This document shows positions 16,114-24,973 of a stretch of 32,000 nt of DNA, piece by piece. The notes beneath the pieces were generated by a model, which saw only the letters and a list, made by a program, of their open reading frames with translations, ran no database searches and had not been told where the DNA came from. Source of the stretch: Mycolicibacterium smegmatis. GTDB lineage: Bacteria; Actinomycetota; Actinomycetes; Mycobacteriales; Mycobacteriaceae. Position 1 is the stretch's first letter, and every line of letters starts with the position of its first letter. The stretch spans positions 1,110,001 to 1,142,000 of the forward strand of contig NZ_LN831039.1 in the NCBI RefSeq assembly GCF_001457595.1, in the 5' to 3' direction. The position numbers and the translations under genes are program-made.

Positions 16114-16141
16114 TTCACCAGCGCAATCAATTACGTAGAAT
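16114..16141 (+). promoter_or_regulatory. Candidate SigA-type promoter for the ABC/amidase/urease operon
   Basis: TTCACC, a 16-nt spacer, then TAGAAT (fits TANNNT). It sits inside the most AT-rich stretch of the window (about 16100-16200). Confidence 0.3.
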
Positions 16142-16279
16142 GACGTATTCCCTCCGTGCCCGCTGGGTCATAACGTCAAACATGAATTCGTTGATGTCAT
16201 CGCTCGTCGTGGCGTGATGGCGGATGGACGATCTTCTCCAGTGATCCGGAGGACCCACGATGAAGTTCTGCGAGTACAC

Positions 16280-17884
16280 ATGCGGCAGCCGGTGACACGT
16301 CTTCACGCCACGCTCCTGGGCGTGATCGTCGCGATCGCGGCTCTGGCCGGCTGTTCGCGAGGCCCGGTGCAGACCGGCAATGTCTTCGTCATCGCGATCG
16401 AGTCCGAGGCCGACATCCTCGACCCACAGGTCGCCGGCGGCTGGGTGAGCTGGCGGATCAACCGGCAGATCTTCGAACCGCTTGTCGACGAGGATCTTTC
16501 GATGCCGTCGAGCGAGGCGACGGTGCCGCCGCTGCGGCCCGGTCTGGCCGAGTCGTGGGATATCAGCGACGACGGCCTGGAGTACACGTTCCACATCCGC
16601 AAAGACGTGAAGTTCCACGACGGCACGCCGCTGGACGCCCAGGCCGTCGAGTACAACGTCCGGCGCATGTGGGACAAGTCGTCGCCCATGTACAACGCAC
16701 GTGCCGCAGGCCAGACCGGCTTCGTCTGGAAGTTCCTCGATTCGGTGCAGACGGTCGATGATCACACCCTGAAAATGCGTCTGAGCCAGCCGTTCTCGGA
16801 GTTCCTGCGTATGCTCGCCCAGGGCGGCAACGGTTCCACGGCGATCATGAGCCCCACCGCGCTGCAGACCTACGGCGAAGACGTCGCCGACCATCCGGTG
16901 GGCACCGGGCCGTTCAAGTTCAAAGAACGCATCCGCGGCGAACGCATCGACCTGGTGCGTAACGACGACTACTGGGGCAAGGTGCCCTACATCGACGGTG
17001 TCGTCTTCCGTCCGCTGCCCGACCCGTCGGCCCGCACCGCGGCGCTGCGCTCAGGTGACGTCGACATGATCGCGGTGCCCAATCCCGACAGCATCGACAA
17101 CCTGGTCTCCGAGGGTTATCAACTCTCGGAGGGCACCCCGCCGCACACGTGGTACCTGTCGTTCAACATGAAGGACCGCTACACCTCGATTCCCGAGGTG
17201 CGCCAGGCGATCAACCTCGCGGTGGACCGCGAGGGCATGGCCAAGGACATGCTGCGCGGTTCGGTCACCCCGGCATGGGGCGTGCAGGCGCTGTCGGCGG
17301 GCGGATACGTCGAACGCAAGGACATCTACCAGCGCAACCTCGACAAGGCCCGTCAACTGCTGGCGTCGGTCGGGTTGGCCGACGGGTTCCAGACCACGCT
17401 GATCACCTCGACCGACGGATCCGGGCAGATCATGCCCGCCCAGATGGCCGAGTTCATCCAGCAGAATCTCGCCGAGATCGGCATCAAGGTGAACATCCAG
17501 ACCCAGGAATGGATCTCGTATCTGGGTGTGTGGGCACGCGGCATGCAGGACGGCGTCGGTATGGCCCAGATGTCCTGGGGCATGACCAGCCCGTACTGGC
17601 TCTACATCGTGACGTCGTCGGAACTGCAGGCGCCCAACGGTCCCAACGTCGGGTACTACTCCAGTCCGGCGCTGGACAAGGCGATGAACAACGCGATCAC
17701 CGCGCTCGACCCGCAGGAGGCCGAACAGTGGTGGCGCCGGGCCAACAACATCGTCAGCGACGAGGCCGCGCTGGTTCCCATCGTCAACGACAAGGCGCCG
17801 TACGTGCTGGCGCCGTATGTGTCGGGGTTCATCTCGGCGAGTGAGGAATGGTACGACCTCACCTCAGTGAAACTCGAACAGTGA
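16280..17884 (+). CDS. ABC transporter substrate-binding lipoprotein, family 5 (peptide/nickel/opine type)
   Basis: The lipoprotein signal is MRQPVTRLHATLLGVIVAIAALAGC. The body is typical of SBP family 5 (FHIRKDVKFHDGTPLDAQAV..., DDYWG). The track ORF starts at 16214. Confidence 0.9.
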   Translation: MRQPVTRLHATLLGVIVAIAALAGCSRGPVQTGNVFVIAIESEADILDPQVAGGWVSWRINRQIFEPLVDEDLSMPSSEATVPPLRPGLAESWDISDDGLEYTFHIRKDVKFHDGTPLDAQAVEYNVRRMWDKSSPMYNARAAGQTGFVWKFLDSVQTVDDHTLKMRLSQPFSEFLRMLAQGGNGSTAIMSPTALQTYGEDVADHPVGTGPFKFKERIRGERIDLVRNDDYWGKVPYIDGVVFRPLPDPSARTAALRSGDVDMIAVPNPDSIDNLVSEGYQLSEGTPPHTWYLSFNMKDRYTSIPEVRQAINLAVDREGMAKDMLRGSVTPAWGVQALSAGGYVERKDIYQRNLDKARQLLASVGLADGFQTTLITSTDGSGQIMPAQMAEFIQQNLAEIGIKVNIQTQEWISYLGVWARGMQDGVGMAQMSWGMTSPYWLYIVTSSELQAPNGPNVGYYSSPALDKAMNNAITALDPQEAEQWWRRANNIVSDEAALVPIVNDKAPYVLAPYVSGFISASEEWYDLTSVKLEQ

Positions 17885-17894
17885 GGCTCAACCG

Positions 17895-18854
17895 ATGACC
17901 GCAACCATCAGAAATCGTTTACTGTCAACACTTCTCGTCCTGTTCGGGGTCAGCCTCATCGTGTTCCTGCTGCTGCAGCTGGTGCCCGGTGACCCAGCCG
18001 TCACCATCCTCGGTTCCGGGGCAACGGCCGAGGCGGTCGCCGCCCTGCGCACCGAGTTGGGCCTCGACCGCGCACTGCCGATCCAGTTCTTCGACTACCT
18101 CGGCGGCCTCGTGCGCGGCGATCTGGGCCGGTCGCTGACCGTCAACGCCCCGGTCGCCGACATCATGCTGCCGCGGTTCGCCAACACGATCATCCTCACG
18201 GTCGCCGCACTGATCCTGTGCATCGTGGTCGCCGTCCCGCTCGGCGTCATCGCGGCGCACAAGCAGTACAGCATTTTCGACCGCGTCTCGATGATGGTCT
18301 CGCTGGCCGGCGCGAGCGTGCCGGTGTACTGGTTCGGCCTGCTGCTGATCGGTGCGTTCGCCGTCACGCTGGGCTGGCTGCCCACCTCGGGTATGTACAA
18401 CCCGCGTTTCCCCGGTGGATTCACGGATCTGCTGGCGCACCTTGTGCTTCCCGCGATCGCCGCGGCGCTCGTGCCGCTCGCGGTGATCGCGCGGATGACA
18501 CGCAGCGTGATGATCGACATCCTGCAGCAGGACTACATCCGCACGCTGCGCGCCTCGGGCCTGTCGACGAACTCGGTGCTGTGGCGCCACGCCCTGCGAA
18601 ACGCGTTGCCGCCCATCGTCAACATCATCGGCCTGCAGGTCGGGTACCTGCTCGGCGGTGTGGTGTTCGTCGAGGTCGTCTTCGGCTGGCCAGGTCTCGG
18701 CCAGCAGCTCTACACGTCGATCACCCAGCGTGACATCCCGGTGGTGCAGGCCGGTGTGCTGTTCATCGCGCTGGCGTTCGTGATCATCAACCTGCTCGCC
18801 GACGGTGCGGTCGGACTGCTGGATCCGCGTACGAGAAGGAAGGTCGGAGCATGA
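17895..18854 (+). CDS. ABC transporter permease (DppB/NikB-like)
   Basis: The N-terminus is LLVLFGVSLIVFLLLQLVPGDP. The EAA-type loop is DYIRTLRASGLS. Confidence 0.93.
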   Translation: MTATIRNRLLSTLLVLFGVSLIVFLLLQLVPGDPAVTILGSGATAEAVAALRTELGLDRALPIQFFDYLGGLVRGDLGRSLTVNAPVADIMLPRFANTIILTVAALILCIVVAVPLGVIAAHKQYSIFDRVSMMVSLAGASVPVYWFGLLLIGAFAVTLGWLPTSGMYNPRFPGGFTDLLAHLVLPAIAAALVPLAVIARMTRSVMIDILQQDYIRTLRASGLSTNSVLWRHALRNALPPIVNIIGLQVGYLLGGVVFVEVVFGWPGLGQQLYTSITQRDIPVVQAGVLFIALAFVIINLLADGAVGLLDPRTRRKVGA

Positions 18855-19786
18855 GCACACTGGTCGCGGGACGCACGTTCCCGTGGGTCCGCAGATCCTC
18901 GGCCGGCGGACCCGTCCAGGTCGACACCGACACCCCGAAACCGCAGTGGCGCCTGGCCGTCCGGGCGTTCAGCCGCGACCGGATGGCCGTGGTGTCGCTC
19001 GTCGTGCTGGTGATCGTGACGCTCGCGGCGGTTTTCGCGCCGTTGCTCACGCCCTACAGCCCCACCGCGGGTGACCCGGTGGACCGGCTCGCAGGCATCG
19101 GCACCGAAGGCCACCTGCTGGGCCTCGACGGGCAGGGACGTGACATCTGGACCCGGCTGCTCTACGGCGGGCGCAACTCGCTCATGACCGCGGTGGTGCC
19201 GGTGTTCGTGGTGTTCCCGCTGGCGCTGATGATCGGCCTGTTCGCGGGATACCGGCGCAGCCGCGCAGGTGAGGTGCTCATGCGCATCCTCGACGTGCTG
19301 TTCGCGTTCCCGCTGGTGCTGCTGGCCATCGCGCTGTCGGCCGTGCTCGGCGCGGGGCTCGGCAACGTGATGCTCGCGATCGGCATCACGCTCATCCCCT
19401 ACATGGCCCGTGTCGCCTACACCGCGACGGTGTCCGAGGCGAGCAAGGACTACATCGAGGCCGCACGCGCCTACGGCGCCAACCCGCTGCTGCTGATGTT
19501 CCGCGAACTCATGCCCAACGTCGTCGTACAGCTGCTCGTGTACTCGACCACGTTGTGCGGCCTGATGATCGTGGTGGCCTCGGGTCTGAGCTTCCTGGGC
19601 GTCGGCGTCATCCCGCCCACACCGGACTGGGGCATCATGACCGCCGACGGCAAGAACGTCCTGCTGGAGGGCATCTACCACGTCGCGACCATTCCCGGCC
19701 TGCTCATCCTCGTCGTCTCGCTGGCGTTCAACCTCGTCGGCGACGGCATCCGCGACGCCCTCGACCCACGGAAGCAGACCAACTGA
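18851..19786 (+). CDS. ABC transporter permease (DppC/NikC-like)
   Basis: ATGA overlap with the upstream gene. Motifs include LLGLDGQGRDIWTRLLYG and DYIEAARAYGAN. Confidence 0.93.
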   Translation: MSTLVAGRTFPWVRRSSAGGPVQVDTDTPKPQWRLAVRAFSRDRMAVVSLVVLVIVTLAAVFAPLLTPYSPTAGDPVDRLAGIGTEGHLLGLDGQGRDIWTRLLYGGRNSLMTAVVPVFVVFPLALMIGLFAGYRRSRAGEVLMRILDVLFAFPLVLLAIALSAVLGAGLGNVMLAIGITLIPYMARVAYTATVSEASKDYIEAARAYGANPLLLMFRELMPNVVVQLLVYSTTLCGLMIVVASGLSFLGVGVIPPTPDWGIMTADGKNVLLEGIYHVATIPGLLILVVSLAFNLVGDGIRDALDPRKQTN

Positions 19787-20664
19787 TGACACACGCCCTT
19801 GACGTCAAGAACCTGTCCGTGGACTTCCACACCGACAACGGCGTGGTCCACGCGGTCAAGAACGCCGACATCTGTGTGCGCGAAGGCGGAATCCTCGGCC
19901 TGGTCGGCGAATCCGGCTCCGGGAAATCCGTCACGTCGCTGGCGGTGCTGCGCCTGTTGGCCGGCCGGGCCCGGATCACCAACGGAGAGATCCTGTTCCG
20001 GGGCGAGAACCTGCTGGACAAGACCGAGAAACAGATGCGCGCCATCCGCGGCTCACACATCGGGATGGTCTCGCAGAACGCGCTGTCGGCGCTCGACCCG
20101 TCGTTCACCATAGGTGCACAGCTCGTCGAGGTGATCCGGTTGCACCAGGGCGTCGACAAGTCCACCGCGCGGGCCAAGGCGCTGGAGGCACTCGAACTCG
20201 TGGCGCTGCCGGATCCCAAGCGCCGCATGAAGTCCTACCCCCACGAGTTGTCGGGCGGGCAGCGTCAGCGCGTCGTGATCGCGATCGCGCTGTCGTGCCG
20301 GCCCGAACTGCTGCTCGCCGACGAGCCCACCACCGCGCTCGACGCGACCGTGCAGAAGCAGATCCTCGACCTGCTGCTGGACATCAACAAGGAACTGGGT
20401 ACGTCGATCCTGTTGGTCACACACGATTTCGGAGTCGTCGCACACGTGTGCACCGACGTCACGGTCATGCGCCGCGGCGACGTGCTGGAGTCCGGTACCG
20501 CCGATCAGGTTCTCAACAACCCGCAACACCCCTACACCCAGGGACTCATGCGGGCCGTGCCGCGGCTGCACCTCGATGCCACCACGCGCGCCATCCCGCG
20601 CGCGGACCGGCGGTTGTTCGAGTTCCACGGCGACACCACCAAGGAGGCCGCCAATGTCGCGTGA
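19786..20664 (+). CDS. ABC transporter ATP-binding protein (DppD/NikD-like)
   Basis: Walker A is GESGSGKS, the signature is LSGGQRQR and Walker B is LLLADEPTTALD. TGATG junction with the upstream gene. Confidence 0.95.
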   Translation: MTHALDVKNLSVDFHTDNGVVHAVKNADICVREGGILGLVGESGSGKSVTSLAVLRLLAGRARITNGEILFRGENLLDKTEKQMRAIRGSHIGMVSQNALSALDPSFTIGAQLVEVIRLHQGVDKSTARAKALEALELVALPDPKRRMKSYPHELSGGQRQRVVIAIALSCRPELLLADEPTTALDATVQKQILDLLLDINKELGTSILLVTHDFGVVAHVCTDVTVMRRGDVLESGTADQVLNNPQHPYTQGLMRAVPRLHLDATTRAIPRADRRLFEFHGDTTKEAANVA

Positions 20665-21466
20665 AATCTTTGAACCGCTCATCTCGGTCACCGGCCTCAC
20701 CAAGGTGTTCACGGTCCGCGGTGAGGACGGCAAGCGCAGCGAGTTCACCGCGGTCGACGGCGTGAGCTTCGACATCCAGCGCGGCGAGACGTTCGGGCTG
20801 ATCGGCGAATCCGGGTCGGGCAAGACCACGACGGGCCGCATGGTGCTGGGCCTGGAGACGCCGACGTCCGGATCGATCACGTTCGAGGGCAACGAACTGG
20901 TGGGCCTGTCCGATCTCGCGATGCGGCGCTACCGCCGCCACATCCAGATCGTCTTCCAGGACTCCGGGTCGGCCTTCAACCCGCGTCGCAGCGTCGGGGC
21001 GCAGATCTCCTATCCGCTCAAGCTGTTCCGTCTCGCGACACCGGAAGAGGCCCGCAAGAAGACCCTCGAGCTGCTCGAGCGCGTCGGCATGCTGCCCTCG
21101 CACTACGACCGTTACATCCACGAGTTCTCGGGAGGTCAGCGCCAGCGACTCGGTATCGCCCGCGCGCTGATCACCGACCCGGACTTCATCGTGCTCGACG
21201 AGCCGACGGCCGCGCTCGACGTCTCGGTGCAGGCGCAGATCCTCAACCTGCTCAAGGACCTTCAGCTCGAACGCAAACTCACGATGCTGTTGATCACCCA
21301 CAACCTGGCACTCGTCGAGCACATGTGTGAGCACGCCGGGGTGCTCGACCACGGCAGGCTCGTCGAATCCGGCCCGGTGGACCGGTTGCTCACCGAACCC
21401 GGAACCGAGATCACCCGCAAGCTCGTCGACGCCGTGCTCGAACCGGAATTGGAGACCGCGATATGA
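20654..21466 (+). CDS. ABC transporter ATP-binding protein (DppF/NikE-like)
   Basis: Motifs are GESGSGKTT, FSGGQRQR and FIVLDEPTAALD. 11-nt overlap with the upstream gene. Confidence 0.95.
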   Translation: MSREIFEPLISVTGLTKVFTVRGEDGKRSEFTAVDGVSFDIQRGETFGLIGESGSGKTTTGRMVLGLETPTSGSITFEGNELVGLSDLAMRRYRRHIQIVFQDSGSAFNPRRSVGAQISYPLKLFRLATPEEARKKTLELLERVGMLPSHYDRYIHEFSGGQRQRLGIARALITDPDFIVLDEPTAALDVSVQAQILNLLKDLQLERKLTMLLITHNLALVEHMCEHAGVLDHGRLVESGPVDRLLTEPGTEITRKLVDAVLEPELETAI

Positions 21467-22863
21467 CCGACTCGGCACTCGAACGGGCCACCGACACCGT
21501 CCGGCAGACCATCCCCCAGGTGCGGGCCCAACTCGACCGCGGCGAGATCACCCCGGTCGGCCTGGTGCGCCGCGCGTTGGCGCGCATCTCCCACGTCGAG
21601 GACAAGATCCAGGCGTTCGCGGCGGTGTTCGCCGACGAAGCACTCGCGGTGGCGCAGGAGAGCGCGCCGCAGGCCGGCCCGCTGTGGGGCATCCCGGTCG
21701 CCGTCAAGGACATCTACGACGTGGCCGGCTACCGCACCGGAAACGGATCCCGCGGTGCCCCAGAGCATCCCGCACTGCGCGACGCCGATGCCGTCCGGCG
21801 GCTGCGCGACGCGGGCGCCATCATCCTCGGCAAGGCCACCACGCACGAGTACGCCTACGGCGTCACCACGCCGCCGACGCGCAACCCGTGGTCGCTGGAC
21901 CGCATCCCCGGCGGTTCCAGCGGAGGCACCGGCGCGGCCATCGCGGCAGGCGTGGTCGCGGCCGGTCTGGGCACCGACACCGGCGGTTCGATCCGCATCC
22001 CGGCCGCATTGTGCGGCGTCACGGGCCACAAACCGACGTTCGGTCTGGTGAGCCGCAGCGGTGTCAGCGCACTGAGTTCCACGCTCGACCACACCGGGCC
22101 GCTGGGGCGCACGGTCGACGACACCGTCGCCCTGCTCGAGGTCATCGCCGGGCACGACCCGGCCGACCCGTACAGCTCGTCGGCGCCCGTGCCCGATTTC
22201 CGGGCCGAATTCGACCGGGGTTTGGCAGGTCTCACCATCGGCGTCGCCGAACCATATTTCTGCGACCGGCTCACCCCCGACGTCGCCGCGGCGTTCGAGG
22301 AGGCCATCCACACCCTCGAACGCGGCGGCGCCACCATCACCTCGGTGACGTTCACCGACGTCGACCTGTGCCCCCGCGTCGTCGACGTGGTGTGCGGTGT
22401 CGAGGCCGCGGCATGGCACGCCGCGCAGATCGGTATGGCACCCGAGAAATTCAGCCCAGAGGTGCGGGACGCGCTGCGCCTCGGCGCCTCCTACACCGGT
22501 GTGGAATACCTCGAGGCCCGTCGTGCCCGATGTGCGGTGATCGCCGGGATGAACGCCCTGTTCGACTCCGGTCCGGATCTGTTGATCTCACCCACCATCG
22601 CGATGACCGCGCCGCCGTACGGGTCGACACACGTCGATCTCGGCGGACGCACCGTCGGAGTGCTCGACGGGGTCAACGCACTGACCGTCCCGGCGAATGT
22701 GACCGGGATGCCCGCACTGACCGTGCCTGCCGGTTTCGGCAGTGACGGACTGCCGATCGGCCTACAGTTGATGGGCCGGCCGGGGGCGGACGCGACGGTG
22801 CTCGGCGCAGGCCGGGCCTTCGAGCGGATCGCCGGTTTCGTCGACTTCACCCCCAACCTCTGA
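21463..22863 (+). CDS. Amidase-signature (AS) family amidohydrolase 1
   Basis: ATGA overlap with the upstream gene. It has VAVKDIYDVAG (Lys) and the AS signature GGSSGGTGAAIAAGVVAAGLGTDTGGSIRIPAALCGVTGHKPTFG (Ser-cisSer). Confidence 0.9.
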   Translation: MTDSALERATDTVRQTIPQVRAQLDRGEITPVGLVRRALARISHVEDKIQAFAAVFADEALAVAQESAPQAGPLWGIPVAVKDIYDVAGYRTGNGSRGAPEHPALRDADAVRRLRDAGAIILGKATTHEYAYGVTTPPTRNPWSLDRIPGGSSGGTGAAIAAGVVAAGLGTDTGGSIRIPAALCGVTGHKPTFGLVSRSGVSALSSTLDHTGPLGRTVDDTVALLEVIAGHDPADPYSSSAPVPDFRAEFDRGLAGLTIGVAEPYFCDRLTPDVAAAFEEAIHTLERGGATITSVTFTDVDLCPRVVDVVCGVEAAAWHAAQIGMAPEKFSPEVRDALRLGASYTGVEYLEARRARCAVIAGMNALFDSGPDLLISPTIAMTAPPYGSTHVDLGGRTVGVLDGVNALTVPANVTGMPALTVPAGFGSDGLPIGLQLMGRPGADATVLGAGRAFERIAGFVDFTPNL

Positions 22864-22877
22864 GAGCGAGGAGAACC

Positions 22878-23069
22878 ATGTCCGATTTCATGCCATCGCA
22901 GGAACAGATTTCCGCGGCGTTCGAGTTCGCGGGCCTGCCCGTGCCCGCCGAGCGGCTCGCGGAGAACCACACCACGTATGCCGAGACACTGGCCCTGATC
23001 CGCAAGGCCTCCACACCCGGGCTGGGGGAGACCGTCCCGGCACTGGGTTTCAAGGCGCACTGGGACTGA
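22878..23069 (+). CDS. GatC/AtzG-like microprotein (candidate small subunit of an AS amidase)
   Basis: 63 aa. ATG is preceded by GAGGAGAA. It sits immediately upstream of an AS amidase, as atzG does for atzE. The pattern ISAAFEFAGLPVPAERLAEN...ETVPALGF resembles GatC/AtzG (DUF4089-type) proteins, from memory. Confidence 0.6.
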   Translation: MSDFMPSQEQISAAFEFAGLPVPAERLAENHTTYAETLALIRKASTPGLGETVPALGFKAHWD

Positions 23070-23106
23070 CGGCACCCGAATCTGCAGAGCTGAAAGGAAC
23101 ATCCGG

Positions 23107-24513
23107 ATGGAACTCTACGAACTGCCACTGATCGAGGTCGCCGAGAAGATCCGCACCAAGGAGGTCTCACCGGTCGAGGTCGCCGAGTCGTCGCTCGCGC
23201 GCCTGGAGGAGGTCGAACCGCTCCTGACCGCGTTCGTCACCACCACGCCCGAACTCGCCCTCGAGCAGGCCAAGGCCGCCGAAAAAGAGATCGCCGACGG
23301 CAAGTACCGCGGTCCGCTGCACGGAATTCCGCTGGGCGTCAAGGATCTCTACGACACCGCGGGTATCAGGACCACGTCGAGCTCGGCGCAGCGCGCCGAC
23401 CACGTCCCCGACGCCGACTGTGTTTCGGTGGCCAAGCTGTACGACGCGGGCATGATCCTGGTCGGCAAGACCCATACACACGAATTCGCCTACGGTGCAA
23501 CAACGCCCACCACCGGCAACCCGTGGGCGCCGGACCGCACCCCGGGCGGATCGAGCGGCGGTTCGGGTGCCGCGGTCGCCGCGGGCGTCGTGCACGTCGC
23601 ACTCGGTAGCGATACAGGCGGATCCATCCGCATCCCTGCCGCGCTGTGCGGCACCGTGGGCCTCAAGCCGACGTACGGGCGCGCGTCGCGCGTCGGTGTC
23701 GCCTCGCTGTCGTGGTCCCTGGACCATGTGGGCCCGCTGAGCCGCAACGTGACCGACGCGGCCCTGGTGATGCAGGCCATGTCGGGATATGACCGCCGCG
23801 ATCCCGGGACGGCCAACGTGCCCGTGCCCGACATGGTTTCGGGTATCGACGCCGGTGTGGCGGGGAAAAAGATCGGCATCCCGGTCAACTACTACACCGA
23901 CCGGGTCGCCCCCGAGGCCGCCGAGGCAGCGAAGGCGGCCGCGGCCACCTTCGAGAAACTCGGCGCCCAACTGGTCGAGGTCGAGATCCCGATGGCCGAG
24001 CACATCGTGCCGACCGAATGGGCGATCATGATGCCCGAGGCGACCGCGTATCACATGGACTACCTGCGCAATTCGCCCGAAAAGTTCACCGACGAGGTCC
24101 GCACGCTGCTCGAGGTCGGTGCCGCCGAACCCGCGGTCGACTACGTCAACGCGATGCGTCTGCGCACCCTGATCCAGGCCGCGTGGAACGAGATGTTCAC
24201 GGGCATCGACGTGCTGCTGGCCCCCACCGTCGTCGCGCCCGCGACCCTGCGCTCCGACCCGTTCGTGCGATGGGAGGACGGCACCGTCGAGGCCGCGACC
24301 GCCGCGTATGTGCGGCTGTCGGCGCCGGCCAACGTCACGGGACTGCCGTCGCTCTCGGTACCCGCGGCGTTCACGGCCGACGGCCTGCCGCTGGGCGTGC
24401 AGATCCTGGGCAAGCCGTTCGCCGAGCCCGAGATCCTGACGTTCGGCTACGCCTTGGAGCAGAACACCGATACGGTCGGCCGGATCGCGCCGGTCCTGGA
24501 GAAGGTGGGCTGA
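23107..24513 (+). CDS. Amidase-signature family amidohydrolase 2 (GatA/AtzE-like)
   Basis: It has LGVKDLYDTAG and GGSSGGSGAAVAAGVVHVALGSDTGGSIRIPAALCGTVGLKPTYG. ATG is preceded by GAAAGGAA. Confidence 0.9.
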   Translation: MELYELPLIEVAEKIRTKEVSPVEVAESSLARLEEVEPLLTAFVTTTPELALEQAKAAEKEIADGKYRGPLHGIPLGVKDLYDTAGIRTTSSSAQRADHVPDADCVSVAKLYDAGMILVGKTHTHEFAYGATTPTTGNPWAPDRTPGGSSGGSGAAVAAGVVHVALGSDTGGSIRIPAALCGTVGLKPTYGRASRVGVASLSWSLDHVGPLSRNVTDAALVMQAMSGYDRRDPGTANVPVPDMVSGIDAGVAGKKIGIPVNYYTDRVAPEAAEAAKAAAATFEKLGAQLVEVEIPMAEHIVPTEWAIMMPEATAYHMDYLRNSPEKFTDEVRTLLEVGAAEPAVDYVNAMRLRTLIQAAWNEMFTGIDVLLAPTVVAPATLRSDPFVRWEDGTVEAATAAYVRLSAPANVTGLPSLSVPAAFTADGLPLGVQILGKPFAEPEILTFGYALEQNTDTVGRIAPVLEKVG

Positions 24514-24514
24514 C

Positions 24515-24973
24515 ATGGCGCTCGGCACCGGCCTGCGGATCCTCGACACCATCGTCGGCTGGAGCACCGATCAGCCGATCGCAGGCCGGTTGCACGAGCT
24601 GCGCCACCGCCACGCCGTTGAGTACGTGCACCTCGATGCGCACGACCTGGACCGCAAGCGTCTGCGCTTGACATCGGACGCCGGCACCGAGTACGCGATC
24701 GCACTGTCGCGCGACGTCACGCTCGCCGACGGCGCGGTGCTGCTCCTCGACGACGATCGTGCGGTGGTCGTGCGCGCAGGCGCACCGCAGACGCTGACGC
24801 TGCGCGCCGTCGACACCGCGGCGGCCCTGCGTCTCGGGTTCCTCGCGGGGCACCTGCACTGGAAGGTCGATCAGCACGACGACACCCTCGTGGTGCGTCT
24901 GGAGGCCCCGCGCGACGACTACACCGCGCGCATCGCCGACCTGCTGGCGAGCGGCCGGGTCCAGATCACATGA
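24515..24973 (+). CDS. ureE: Urease accessory protein UreE-like (no His-rich tail)
   Basis: Starts 1 nt after the amidase stop. DRKRLRLTSDAGTEYAIALSRDVTLADGAVLL and LGFLAGHLHWKV resemble the UreE N-domain and its GNRH-type motif. Confidence 0.7.
   Translation: MALGTGLRILDTIVGWSTDQPIAGRLHELRHRHAVEYVHLDAHDLDRKRLRLTSDAGTEYAIALSRDVTLADGAVLLLDDDRAVVVRAGAPQTLTLRAVDTAAALRLGFLAGHLHWKVDQHDDTLVVRLEAPRDDYTARIADLLASGRVQIT

Noticed and set aside
16145-16168. GT-n9-GT-n9-GT periodicity (AC-n9-AC on the minus strand) in the ABC operon leader, as a possible second GlnR site.
   Set aside because: The half-sites read ATGAC/GGCAC/AATAC, with no GAAAC-type b-site. This dinucleotide periodicity is easily reached by chance.
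16214-16279. N-terminal extensions offered by the ORF track (16214 for the SBP, 3081 for the permease, 836 for DUF3349, 9952 for menB and the lipoprotein, 31932 for fadD, 11802 for the DMFase-like gene).
   Set aside because: The extensions are Arg-rich and non-homologous. They overlap upstream genes or precede a well-formed signal peptide or conserved N-terminus. Internal starts with SD sequences or stop-start overlaps fit better.
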